Below the pieces are notes generated by a model, which saw only the letters and a program-made list of their open reading frames with translations, was not told the DNA's origin and did no database searches. The translations under genes were made by a program, and so were the position numbers. Shown here piece by piece: positions 47,441 to 57,172 of a stretch of 64,000 nucleotides of DNA (its first letter is position 1; every line of letters begins with the position of its first letter). The stretch is taken from IMG/VR virus record IMGVR_UViG_3300045988_067909; one strand, written 5' to 3'. Source of the stretch: a virus.

Positions 47441-48409
47441 TTATCGATAGTCGTATTGTTTTTGGATATCATTAGGAATATAGAATCCTAATGCTTCAGA
47501 TAATACCATCATAGTTAGTGTAGCTTCACAAGCTGCTGTGATTTTATCCATATCTAATGTACCAGATTCAGTAATCATACCATAACCTAGATTAGCTAAA
47601 GCTTTCTTAGATAGGTCACGAACCATAGCTTCATATAAACCTACTTTACGAGTATCCAAACGTTTCTTAATTTGCAATCTACCACGTTGAATAGTAGATT
47701 CTTTAATCTCTTCTTCCTCTTCAGCATTAGCTGCTTGGATAGTTGCAACTTTATCTTCTACGTTTTGTAATACATCTTTGATGTGTTCTTTATCTTCGAT
47801 ATTAGCAATGATGAACTGTTCAATACCATTAGCTACATGAGTTTTTACAGAATCACCAATGTCTTGGATTTCTTCTTTGTTTTCATCGGAGTTTACTTTA
47901 TCAACGAATGTTTCAGTATCATCTGGAGAAACTTTAGGTTCTTCATCTAAGTCATTGGATTTTAAAGCTTCTTCATTATCTTCCATGATAGCTTTATGAG
48001 TTTCTGTTACATACTTAGCAATTTGTGCAGTGAATGCATTTGTTTTGCTTAATGTAGATAGGATTTTATCAGAACCGGTTTGCTCAATGAAATTGGAGAT
48101 AACTTTGTTTCTAATTACACGGTTATCTTCAGACATCATTGGATAACTAGCAGATGCTTCGAATAAGATATTCAAAGCTTCAAAGATAAGACCATTACGT
48201 ACAGAATTAGAGAAGTCTTGACGACGTTTAGTCATTTTACTACGATTAGCAATTTGATCATATAGATTACTTGCTACTGCAGATTCATGTACAGGTTGGT
48301 ATTCTAATTCTTTTAAACCTTTTACAATTTCTTCACGTCTAGCGGATTGTACTGCTTCAAAAAATAAAGAACCAGATGTAATTCCTCTAGGTTTATTTTT
48401 AATATTCAT
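47441..48409 (-). CDS. Hypothetical protein (322 aa)
   Basis: GGAGGTT SD. Confidence 0.55.
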   Translation of the reverse strand: MNIKNKPRGITSGSLFFEAVQSARREEIVKGLKELEYQPVHESAVASNLYDQIANRSKMTKRRQDFSNSVRNGLIFEALNILFEASASYPMMSEDNRVIRNKVISNFIEQTGSDKILSTLSKTNAFTAQIAKYVTETHKAIMEDNEEALKSNDLDEEPKVSPDDTETFVDKVNSDENKEEIQDIGDSVKTHVANGIEQFIIANIEDKEHIKDVLQNVEDKVATIQAANAEEEEEIKESTIQRGRLQIKKRLDTRKVGLYEAMVRDLSKKALANLGYGMITESGTLDMDKITAACEATLTMMVLSEALGFYIPNDIQKQYDYR

Positions 48410-48423
48410 TAATCATTAACCTC

Positions 48424-49422
48424 CTAGAATAGACTGCTATTAGCACCAGCAGAATCAGGAATGCTGTCACTAATGTCATCATGTTTAAATTTAGTTTTAG
48501 AAGAATCTTCTTCTTTGATTTCTTTAGACATCTTAGCCGTAGCTGCTTTATCATTGATGTCCAATTTATCAGCATAACGACGGAACTTAACTGCAACGTC
48601 ACGTTGGTAATCAGCTGCATCTTTCATATCATCATCGTATTCAATCTTAGAAGCATTGATTTCTAGCATACTTGCTTGTACTTCAAGATATTCAGCTAAG
48701 CTAGTTCTACAGAAGTAGAAATAGTATACGATTTCACGTAAGATAGGAATGATATTGAAGATCAAGTAAATACCAGCACCAATCATGGATACTGCTGCCA
48801 TAGTACCTAAGATACCACGAGCATGTGCTTTAGTGAATAAAGATAATGCTTTAGCTAATTTACCATTACGGGAGTTTTCATTAAAGCGTTCAAGATTCTT
48901 GATAACTACGTTGTCGTCTAATACATTAAAGTGTTTAGACTCCATGGCAAACTTAGTTGTACCATCATTATCCATAATGTATTCTGTAATAGCAGATACC
49001 ATCATACTAGTAGAAGCGATGATAGACAATACGGTGAAATTATAAATAGTGCAAGGGTAATCCAAGTTACGCATGAATGCGCCAACGTAAGCATATTTAT
49101 CTTTTTCTAAGTTAGCTAATGCTTCTTTAGTAGTCTTTAATGCTTTAGATTGGATATTACGAGAAGCACAAAGACGTTCTAAAGCTTCTAGTGTTTGTTT
49201 CACTAGTTTATAGTGACGTAAACGTTGTACATCACCTTTGGATAATGGAATATCACCAAAGTCTACTTCATTAGCTTTAAGCTTAATGAAATCATAGATC
49301 TTATTGGATACATTCATCATAATCATTCGTTGGTCTGCTTCATTTACAGCAGACACGATTGCTAATGTTTCTTTATCACCCAAATCCATATAGGAGCAGG
49401 CTTCTTTAAAGTATTTAGTCAT
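48424..49422 (-). CDS. Hypothetical membrane protein (332 aa, one strong TM helix)
   Basis: 'ILGTMAAVSMIGAGIYLIFNIIPIL'. AGGAGGAGG SD. Confidence 0.55.
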   Translation of the reverse strand: MTKYFKEACSYMDLGDKETLAIVSAVNEADQRMIMMNVSNKIYDFIKLKANEVDFGDIPLSKGDVQRLRHYKLVKQTLEALERLCASRNIQSKALKTTKEALANLEKDKYAYVGAFMRNLDYPCTIYNFTVLSIIASTSMMVSAITEYIMDNDGTTKFAMESKHFNVLDDNVVIKNLERFNENSRNGKLAKALSLFTKAHARGILGTMAAVSMIGAGIYLIFNIIPILREIVYYFYFCRTSLAEYLEVQASMLEINASKIEYDDDMKDAADYQRDVAVKFRRYADKLDINDKAATAKMSKEIKEEDSSKTKFKHDDISDSIPDSAGANSSLF

Positions 49423-49433
49423 GTGTCCTCCTC

Positions 49434-50633
49434 CTAGGCCATTTTAGTTAATAGGTTAACGATTTGCTTAGCATCCATGTCTTTATCTTTCTTCAAGGAT
49501 TTGAATCGTACTAATTCGTATTCATCATCACCTGTATCAAAGATTAAAGCTACAGACTCTGTAGTTTCATCTACAATACCAATACAGAGTAAGTTGTAGT
49601 CAGACATAATCTTTCTAGCTACATTAGATCTGGAAAGGTCAATGTCATTATTCTTTTTCAATTCTTCAACTTCATCTGTAGTTACTAATAAAGAAGTGAT
49701 AGCTGTAGCATCATTCTTTTGACGGAAGAATTGATTAAGTTTAGATTTGGTAGCACGTTGCTCTAAGGCTTTCCACATTTTAGAGGAGGAACCATTACGA
49801 GCATTGGAGATAGCATCAACTTTAGCCTTACTCAATGCAAATACAAAGTCTCTCCAGAAACCAATTTCTTGAGATGTAGCACGGATAAAGTTGAATAAAC
49901 TAATGGCAGAAGAGTTCTTAGATACAATACGTTGAACGATATCTAAACCAGCTACGTCGAATAATTTACATTTGATGCCTAAGTATGCAGATGTAGTAAT
50001 AGGACGTCCAGTAGCTTTAGAGATGAAATTAACTTTCATCATCAATGGCATTTGTAGGTTAGCCTTATCAAGTTTATCTTGAGTTAATATGATGCTACCA
50101 GGTTTATTATCACCACCATTACCATTACGTTTAGCATCAGCTTCTGTAATGATAGTATTAGTTAATGGTAAGCTATGTTTTAAGCTGTGTTTGTAGTTTT
50201 CATATACAGCTTTAATACCAGGTGTAAACATGGTCATTGCACCAGATTCTTTTGCTAGTTTATTATTAATAGTAAGATAATCATCTACATCAATACCATC
50301 ATTAAATTGCATATTGCTATGGATATTCTTAACGTAATCAATAGCATCTGTAGCATTAGTAATGGCCATAGCAGTTAAAAGCATTTTAACTAAGTTTGCA
50401 TACTTAGCTTCAAGTGCTTTAGCAATTAGCTCAGCTGTTGCTAATTCCATATTACGGCTAAACATAACTGGGAATGTAAGTACCAAGTCTTTAGTTGCAC
50501 TATTAATAGACTTGAAAGACTTATATCCACCAGCTTGAGTCGGTAATAATTTGTCTAAACTGAAATCATCAGCGGTTACATTGTCATAGACATTAATGAT
50601 GTCGCTGAGGATTGATTCTTGAATGTAAGACAT
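49434..50633 (-). CDS. Hypothetical protein (399 aa)
   Basis: AAGGAGG SD. Confidence 0.55.
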   Translation of the reverse strand: MSYIQESILSDIINVYDNVTADDFSLDKLLPTQAGGYKSFKSINSATKDLVLTFPVMFSRNMELATAELIAKALEAKYANLVKMLLTAMAITNATDAIDYVKNIHSNMQFNDGIDVDDYLTINNKLAKESGAMTMFTPGIKAVYENYKHSLKHSLPLTNTIITEADAKRNGNGGDNKPGSIILTQDKLDKANLQMPLMMKVNFISKATGRPITTSAYLGIKCKLFDVAGLDIVQRIVSKNSSAISLFNFIRATSQEIGFWRDFVFALSKAKVDAISNARNGSSSKMWKALEQRATKSKLNQFFRQKNDATAITSLLVTTDEVEELKKNNDIDLSRSNVARKIMSDYNLLCIGIVDETTESVALIFDTGDDEYELVRFKSLKKDKDMDAKQIVNLLTKMA

Positions 50634-50741
50634 TATAGTCCTCCTTAAAATACGTATTCTAAATTCAATATTGAAATTTACTACTATGTTAAACTAGCCC
50701 CATTTAGGCAAAAAATAAAAGCCTAGCCGAATATAAAATAG

Positions 50742-51185
50742 TTACTTAATAAATATAGACGTTGGCTCTGCATCATTGATACAGTCTAAAATATCTTCAT
50801 AATAACCGTCTTCTTCGGCATACATTCTAGCGAGTTCCATACGTTCTTTATATGTACAACATTTCTCCTCAGGGGTTCTCATAGCTTCTTCATCACCACA
50901 GTTATAGTGTTTACCAGGTCCGATTAAAGATAATAGCTCATCCACAAGAACAGCATTCTCCAAAAGATCTTTTCTTAGCTTCTTAACGATTCTACTTGAA
51001 TAATAAGTTTTACCATCTTGGTCAATAAGAACTTCACCTGGTTTAGCTGGTCTAAAGTTTGTCTTCTCTACCTGATTAACTTTGATGCTTTCATCAATAA
51101 CTACATAGTTCCCTAAGTAAGACATATCATAAGATTCATTATAGCCCGTAATAATCTCGTTAGTATCGTAATCATAGCTGCTCAT
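50742..51185 (-). CDS. Hypothetical Cys-containing protein (147 aa)
   Basis: ATG at 51185 with 'aaaggaagaggt' upstream. The listed ORF began at a TTG. Confidence 0.5.
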   Translation of the reverse strand: MSSYDYDTNEIITGYNESYDMSYLGNYVVIDESIKVNQVEKTNFRPAKPGEVLIDQDGKTYYSSRIVKKLRKDLLENAVLVDELLSLIGPGKHYNCGDEEAMRTPEEKCCTYKERMELARMYAEEDGYYEDILDCINDAEPTSIFIK

Positions 51186-51352
51186 AGTGGTTACCTCTTC
51201 CTTTAATTGATGTCTAATAAACAAAACTTTGGAGGGAGAGTTAACTCTAATGAGTTATCAGCTAGACTCTTATCTCTTATTCATAGTTATAGTATACAAT
51301 TAAAGATATCTTTGAAACATCTCTATAATCCTATAAAGAAAGGAGACTGAGA

Positions 51353-52519
51353 ATGTCCGATGAAACAACTGACATCAGACAGGGTAAAACTTTAACCGAG
51401 AATAATCAAGAATATAAGAATCTTAAACCTACGGTTGATTCCCAAATGATGTTGCAATTCATTAAAAAGAATGGTATATACAATCCGACATCTCTAGATA
51501 GATATCATAGATTTGCTAGGTTCTCTAAGATAGATCCGTATAATCGTGTAGGTATGACTAGAGAATATATATTCTTTACCAAACCAGATTTACAAATCTT
51601 CTTACATGATAAGAACTTTTCTATTGGTAGTGGTGGTAGTAATGATATGTCTAAAACATTCATTGACTCTGTAGCCAATAATCCACTATTTGTAGAAGCA
51701 GCAACTAAATATCCTGAGGTATTGCATCAACTATGCTATTCTCAAAACCGTTCTGAACCATTCGTTAATCTTCTTTCAAACCAGAAAACTTCTAATGTCG
51801 ATTTACCAGCTATTAGTGTAGCTAATGATTATGAGACATCTAGAAATATTTTAGGTTCTTCTGTATTCTATCGAGGGACTTCAATAGAGAGTGATGAAAA
51901 CCATGAATTCAGTGTAGAGTTTCTAGATACTAAGTATCTAGAAGTCTACATGTTTTTCAAGCTGTTTGATGAATATTCTAGATTGAAGCACTTTGGTAGA
52001 ATCAATCAGCCTAATAAAGCTTATGCTATGCAACGTATTATTCATGACCAAATGTCTATGTATAAGTTCATAGTATCTGAAGATTCTGGTGGTGAAGATA
52101 TCATCTATTGGGCTAAGTATGTTGGTGTGTACCCTAAGACAGTACCACGTGATGTATTTAGTGACATGGCAGACGGTTCTGATTTAAGATTTACAGTTAG
52201 TTTTAAATCTACATTTGTTTTCGATATGGAAGTTGACACATTACATGAATTCAATCAACTATGTAGTCTATATTCTGGTGGTAATGCTGCTGGTGGTGGT
52301 TATATAGACGCATTAGATGGTTGGTCTGGTGATTGGATGCAGGCTCCATATATTGCTGGTCTTAATGGTGATGGTAAGAATCAATACAAGTTCTATAAAC
52401 TTAAATGGAAAGCTCCATCTGATTCTTATAACTTCACTGACAAAAACCCTAGAGGGTATGATGAGGCTAGAAAGAATTTACAAGAATATGCTAGATATCG
52501 TGAGAAATATAACGTTTAG
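51353..52519 (+). CDS. Hypothetical protein (388 aa)
   Basis: AAAGGAGA SD. First gene of a + block of large, presumably virion, proteins. Confidence 0.55.
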   Translation: MSDETTDIRQGKTLTENNQEYKNLKPTVDSQMMLQFIKKNGIYNPTSLDRYHRFARFSKIDPYNRVGMTREYIFFTKPDLQIFLHDKNFSIGSGGSNDMSKTFIDSVANNPLFVEAATKYPEVLHQLCYSQNRSEPFVNLLSNQKTSNVDLPAISVANDYETSRNILGSSVFYRGTSIESDENHEFSVEFLDTKYLEVYMFFKLFDEYSRLKHFGRINQPNKAYAMQRIIHDQMSMYKFIVSEDSGGEDIIYWAKYVGVYPKTVPRDVFSDMADGSDLRFTVSFKSTFVFDMEVDTLHEFNQLCSLYSGGNAAGGGYIDALDGWSGDWMQAPYIAGLNGDGKNQYKFYKLKWKAPSDSYNFTDKNPRGYDEARKNLQEYARYREKYNV

Positions 52520-52533
52520 GAAGGGGGAGATTA

Positions 52534-55170
52534 ATGGCTAATGAACTATTGACGAACTCTAATATTTATGATCTTAATTCATATATTGATGCTGTCAAGA
52601 AAAAACATATCCAAGAAGATGATCTTACCCTATCTATGGGTATATTTGGTTATCTAAGTGACGTATTCTCTACATCTCTACAAAATAATATCATTATGGC
52701 TTCTGAATTTGGTAATGAAGCTATTCCGACTAGAGCTAAATTCGAAAAGAATATTATTGCTCATGCTTTAGGTTTAGGTATTAAGAATATTAATGCTAGA
52801 CCTGCATATATGGATATAGTATTTACTATCTCTGAAGACGTACTATTAGCTAATATGCGTAATGATGTATTTACGTTTGATAGGGAAGTAGCTATTAATA
52901 TTGGTGGATTTGAATTCCATACTGAGTATGATATCCTAATTCGTCGTGTGGTATTACCAGACGGTGATTATGTGTATACTGCACAGTATGACTTATCTGC
53001 TTATAATCCAATTATTGATTCATTTGAAATCATTGATCCATACTTACCACCAGTTGGTCGGATTCTTGATGAGAATGAACAAAAGATTGCAGTAAGATGT
53101 CGTATACGTCAATATACGTATACGAAAAACACTGCTACAATTCTTAATAGAAACCCTATTGAGAATAAAACTTATCAGTTTACATTCGATGATCAGTTAG
53201 CTGGTTTCGATGTAACTATTAAGAACTATGGTAGTCAACCAGTTAAACTCTTACCTATATATGAAGGGTTACATACTGGTAGTGAAGTCAACTACTGTAG
53301 CTATACATATATAGATGAGAAGACTATTAGATTGGTATTTAGTGATACTTCTAATATTCCTGGTATGAACTCTGAGATTTCAGTTAATCTATATACCACC
53401 AAGGGTTCCGAAGGTAACTTCAAGTATATAGATCCTATCCAGTTATATCCTATCAGTGATAGATTTAACTATGACCGTCTATTTATGGTTATCACACCAT
53501 TAGGTGATCCATTAGGTTTACCTGCATCTGAAGATGGTTTGGATAAAAAGACTATTGATGAGTTAAAGTTAATGATTCCTAAAGAAGCATTAGCTCGTGG
53601 TAGTGTAACCAACTCTAAAGACGTTAATAACTTCTTTAACTCTTTAAGCTATGGTTTACCTAAGAATAAGCTATACTTCTTTAAGAAGATGGAATCTCCA
53701 TTATATCGTCTATACTATGCTTATCTTTTAGCAAGCACTGATACACAAATGATTCCAACTAATACAGTTCCTATAGAACTGATTAGACGTGACTTTGATA
53801 ACGTATCTAGTGAAAACTATATCTTCAATACTGGTAATACTATTCAGTATGATGCTGGTGGTAATGGTAAAGTCATTTATGATAGATCAAAAGAAGATTT
53901 AGAATCTATAAATAAGATTAAGTTCTTATACTTCAATCCATTTATGATTGTAATCAACAAGAGTCCTCTATACGCTTCATATTATATTAACTATATGGAT
54001 ACTAAGAAAGCTCTTGAGTTTGAGTATATCAATAAGGCTTCCAAATACCAATTCATTTGTAATAATCTTAACTGGAAGAGAGAATACTTCACTGATAAGA
54101 ATACCTACAAGTGTACAGTTAAGCTAGTTCAAAACATCGATAGAAATATTGGTGTGGTTCATAAAGACAATGAACTAGATCCTGATGAAATTACTAGTGT
54201 AGATCTTAAAGTTCTAGGTGTATTCTATAAAGATGGTAAACCTGTACGTTGGACTCAAGGTAAATTCAAGAAGTACAATGAAACAGAGTTCTCTTTCTTA
54301 TATGAGTTTGATATGGAAACAGACAACTCTATTGATACACTAAACCAACTTAAGATCTTAAATCTTAAAGAAGCTGGTTCTGATAATGACTTGTATGGTT
54401 ATATGCCAAATAATACTCAGTTTAAAGTATTCACTTTCATTAAGAATAAAGATGGTGAAGATGCTGGTACATATAAGTCAGAACAAATCTTTACTAGTGG
54501 TAACTTAGATGGATATAGTCTTACTAATATCTACAACACTCGTGGTGGTGTAGACTTTATGTATAACTACTCTGACATTATCGAATCTAAAGTTAAAGTC
54601 ACTAAGTTGGATAATGGTACACTAAGCTATACTATAGATAAAGTTCCTATGGTTGGTTGGTCTTTCATTAATACTGAGATGAAATTACAAAAGTTCATTT
54701 TAGATTTAGAGAAGAAACGTGTACATATCAATCAGTGTTTGAACGTACTAGAAGACTCATTCGGTATTGACTTTAAGTTATTTAATACATATGGCCCATC
54801 TAAACTATTCTATGTGGAAGATGGTAAACCATTGAATAGAACTAACTTAAGTTTACGATTCCGAGTTAAGTTTATCAATACTAGTACCAAAGAGATGATT
54901 ACATTGATTAAGAATGATATTCGATTATATATCGAAGATACTACTCAAATCAATGATCTTCATATACCTAATCTTATCACTTACATTACTGATAAGTATA
55001 AAGATGTATTAGTATACTTTGAGTTCTTAGAATTCAATGGATATGGACCAGGCATTCAGCATATCTATCGCAGAGATGAAATGATAGTTGGACGTATTCC
55101 TGAGTTCTTGAATGTCAATACAGCTAATACTGAAGAAAATCAATTAGATATTGAATTTGTTATTGTTTAG
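52534..55170 (+). CDS. Large hypothetical (structural?) protein (878 aa)
   Basis: GGGGGAG SD. Confidence 0.6.
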   Translation: MANELLTNSNIYDLNSYIDAVKKKHIQEDDLTLSMGIFGYLSDVFSTSLQNNIIMASEFGNEAIPTRAKFEKNIIAHALGLGIKNINARPAYMDIVFTISEDVLLANMRNDVFTFDREVAINIGGFEFHTEYDILIRRVVLPDGDYVYTAQYDLSAYNPIIDSFEIIDPYLPPVGRILDENEQKIAVRCRIRQYTYTKNTATILNRNPIENKTYQFTFDDQLAGFDVTIKNYGSQPVKLLPIYEGLHTGSEVNYCSYTYIDEKTIRLVFSDTSNIPGMNSEISVNLYTTKGSEGNFKYIDPIQLYPISDRFNYDRLFMVITPLGDPLGLPASEDGLDKKTIDELKLMIPKEALARGSVTNSKDVNNFFNSLSYGLPKNKLYFFKKMESPLYRLYYAYLLASTDTQMIPTNTVPIELIRRDFDNVSSENYIFNTGNTIQYDAGGNGKVIYDRSKEDLESINKIKFLYFNPFMIVINKSPLYASYYINYMDTKKALEFEYINKASKYQFICNNLNWKREYFTDKNTYKCTVKLVQNIDRNIGVVHKDNELDPDEITSVDLKVLGVFYKDGKPVRWTQGKFKKYNETEFSFLYEFDMETDNSIDTLNQLKILNLKEAGSDNDLYGYMPNNTQFKVFTFIKNKDGEDAGTYKSEQIFTSGNLDGYSLTNIYNTRGGVDFMYNYSDIIESKVKVTKLDNGTLSYTIDKVPMVGWSFINTEMKLQKFILDLEKKRVHINQCLNVLEDSFGIDFKLFNTYGPSKLFYVEDGKPLNRTNLSLRFRVKFINTSTKEMITLIKNDIRLYIEDTTQINDLHIPNLITYITDKYKDVLVYFEFLEFNGYGPGIQHIYRRDEMIVGRIPEFLNVNTANTEENQLDIEFVIV

Positions 55171-55185
55171 TAAAGGAATTAAAAA

Positions 55186-56091
55186 ATGGACGAATTATTA
55201 TTAGTCGATGATCTTGGTACACTATTAGAAGATACTGCCGAAAGTATTGAATCTTTAGAATCTGTGATTGAATCTTATGATGCTAAAATCCAAGAATTAT
55301 TCGATAAAGAGCAACAGCTTTTAGCTGAAGGTGCTTCTGAAGTAGCAGTAGAATGCTGGTGGGCTAACGAAGCATCTAATAACCCATATATGGGTAAAGC
55401 TGGTGGAGACTTCTTTAAAACATGTCATGACCAAATGGTTAAATGGTACAAAAGCTCTAAAGTTGGCAATATCCAAGAAGTTGTCGAAAAAACAGAGAAT
55501 CTTGAAATTATCCGTGCTAATGCTAAAAAGAAATTCTCTAAGAAATTTAAAGTACATACGTTATATGGTAAACCATTATTCGATCATATTAACTTATTTA
55601 CTTCTTTTATTGCAACTCCACTTAAAAATCTTTTAGGTCAATTTGAACATCTTGCTGGTTTAGTTACAGCATCTCGTGCCCGCATTCAAAGCGGTGAGTT
55701 ATTTAATGATGCAATCAGAAATAACTCTTTTGGTACTACAGAAATTGGTCAATCTTTCATCTCTTCCCATATCGATGAGATTATCAACTTCCTTGATTTT
55801 GACTGGTTGAAATTAGATCGTTTATATGTAAGCGGTATGGATGAATTAGCTAAACAAATAGAATTGCAAATTGAAGCAAAATTCAAAGGTGCTATGCTAG
55901 CTACATACCCTATCTGGCGTTTCCAAGCTGGACGTTTTATTTTCGCTATGCATCGCCAACAATTAGATGCTATTCGTGAAAATATGCAAACAGCTCATGA
56001 TATTTGTGTATTCTTACTTAAACTTAAAGATGGTAAAAACGAATCTTATGAATTAGAGGATGCTGAACTACTTGATTTAGATATAATCTAA
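55186..56091 (+). CDS. Hypothetical protein (301 aa); paralog of the next gene
   Basis: Shares the 'EGASE(V/E)A' motif and a 'KKWY/VKWY' motif with 56174..57076. Confidence 0.55.
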   Translation: MDELLLVDDLGTLLEDTAESIESLESVIESYDAKIQELFDKEQQLLAEGASEVAVECWWANEASNNPYMGKAGGDFFKTCHDQMVKWYKSSKVGNIQEVVEKTENLEIIRANAKKKFSKKFKVHTLYGKPLFDHINLFTSFIATPLKNLLGQFEHLAGLVTASRARIQSGELFNDAIRNNSFGTTEIGQSFISSHIDEIINFLDFDWLKLDRLYVSGMDELAKQIELQIEAKFKGAMLATYPIWRFQAGRFIFAMHRQQLDAIRENMQTAHDICVFLLKLKDGKNESYELEDAELLDLDII

Positions 56092-56173
56092 TAACAAATA
56101 TGTATAGAGCATCTTCCTTTTATAGGAAAAATATTAACGTTAATACTTTTTAATTAAATGGAGGCTAATTAAT

Positions 56174-57076
56174 ATGGCATTCTTCACTGAATCCGTTCTA
56201 GAAGACGGTATTGTATTAGAAAATAAAGAAATGTATGCTAACGAATATGGCATAGACGCTATCATGATGGAATGTGCTGAATTCGATAAAGAAACTTTCT
56301 CTGACTTAGTAGTAGCTGATTTCCGTGAAATGGCTATGATTCATGAAGGCGCTTCTGAAGAAGCTATTCAAGAAGGCGTTATCGAAACACTTAAAAAAGT
56401 TGGTAAAAAAATCGTTGAATTCGTTAAAAAATGGTACGCTAAAATTAAAACTTTCATATCCAATATGGTATCTAAAATCTTAGGTCGCTTCTCTTCCGAT
56501 AACAAAAAAGTCTTTGAAAAATACAAAGACAAAGTTAAAGAAAACAAAGATGCGGCGTCTACAGAAATCAAATGGGTTAAAGATTGCAAAAAATGCTTCA
56601 CTGCTATTGATTGCGGCGTAACTACAGCTGATATTGAAAAATTGGTGGGCCAATCTACAACTGGTAAAGTTGAATTTTCTGATCTTAAAGAAATTAAAAC
56701 TCAAGTTAAAAACTTGATGGGCTTGAAAGATCAAGATGGTGACATCACTACTAATTCTGTAATTAAACACTTCATTGGTGAAGAAATCGATTCCACTTTT
56801 GGTAAAGAACAAGCTGACATTGAACGTACATTACAAAATGGTGATGCTGCTATGAAAGCTATCCAAACTACTGGTAATACTGCTCAATCTCTTATCAAAA
56901 CTTCTGAAAGTTTGTTCAAAAACCCTAAAGAAAATGAAAGCAAACGCTACACTATGTATCGTCAAGCTGTAATGCAATTTACTGCAGCTGCAAATACTTT
57001 GATCAAAGGTCAAATCGCTGCAGCTCAATTAGTATTGCGTCTTGCACGTACTGCTTACATCAAAGCTGCTAAATAA
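56174..57076 (+). CDS. Abundant hypothetical protein (300 aa); paralog of the previous gene
   Basis: Strong codon bias and a GGAGG SD. Confidence 0.6.
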   Translation: MAFFTESVLEDGIVLENKEMYANEYGIDAIMMECAEFDKETFSDLVVADFREMAMIHEGASEEAIQEGVIETLKKVGKKIVEFVKKWYAKIKTFISNMVSKILGRFSSDNKKVFEKYKDKVKENKDAASTEIKWVKDCKKCFTAIDCGVTTADIEKLVGQSTTGKVEFSDLKEIKTQVKNLMGLKDQDGDITTNSVIKHFIGEEIDSTFGKEQADIERTLQNGDAAMKAIQTTGNTAQSLIKTSESLFKNPKENESKRYTMYRQAVMQFTAAANTLIKGQIAAAQLVLRLARTAYIKAAK

Positions 57077-57119
57077 TTTTAGTTTACTCGTAAACTGACT
57101 ATTATGTAAAATAATTTAT

Positions 57120-57146
57120 AAGGTATGGGGTACATCCTCATACCTT
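57120..57146 (+). terminator. Terminator 'aaggtatgggg-tacat-cctcatacctt' plus 'ataaatattttttt'
   Basis: 11-bp stem with one G-U pair and a strong T-run. Confidence 0.6.
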
Positions 57147-57172
57147 ATAAATATTTTTTTATGAGGTAACTT

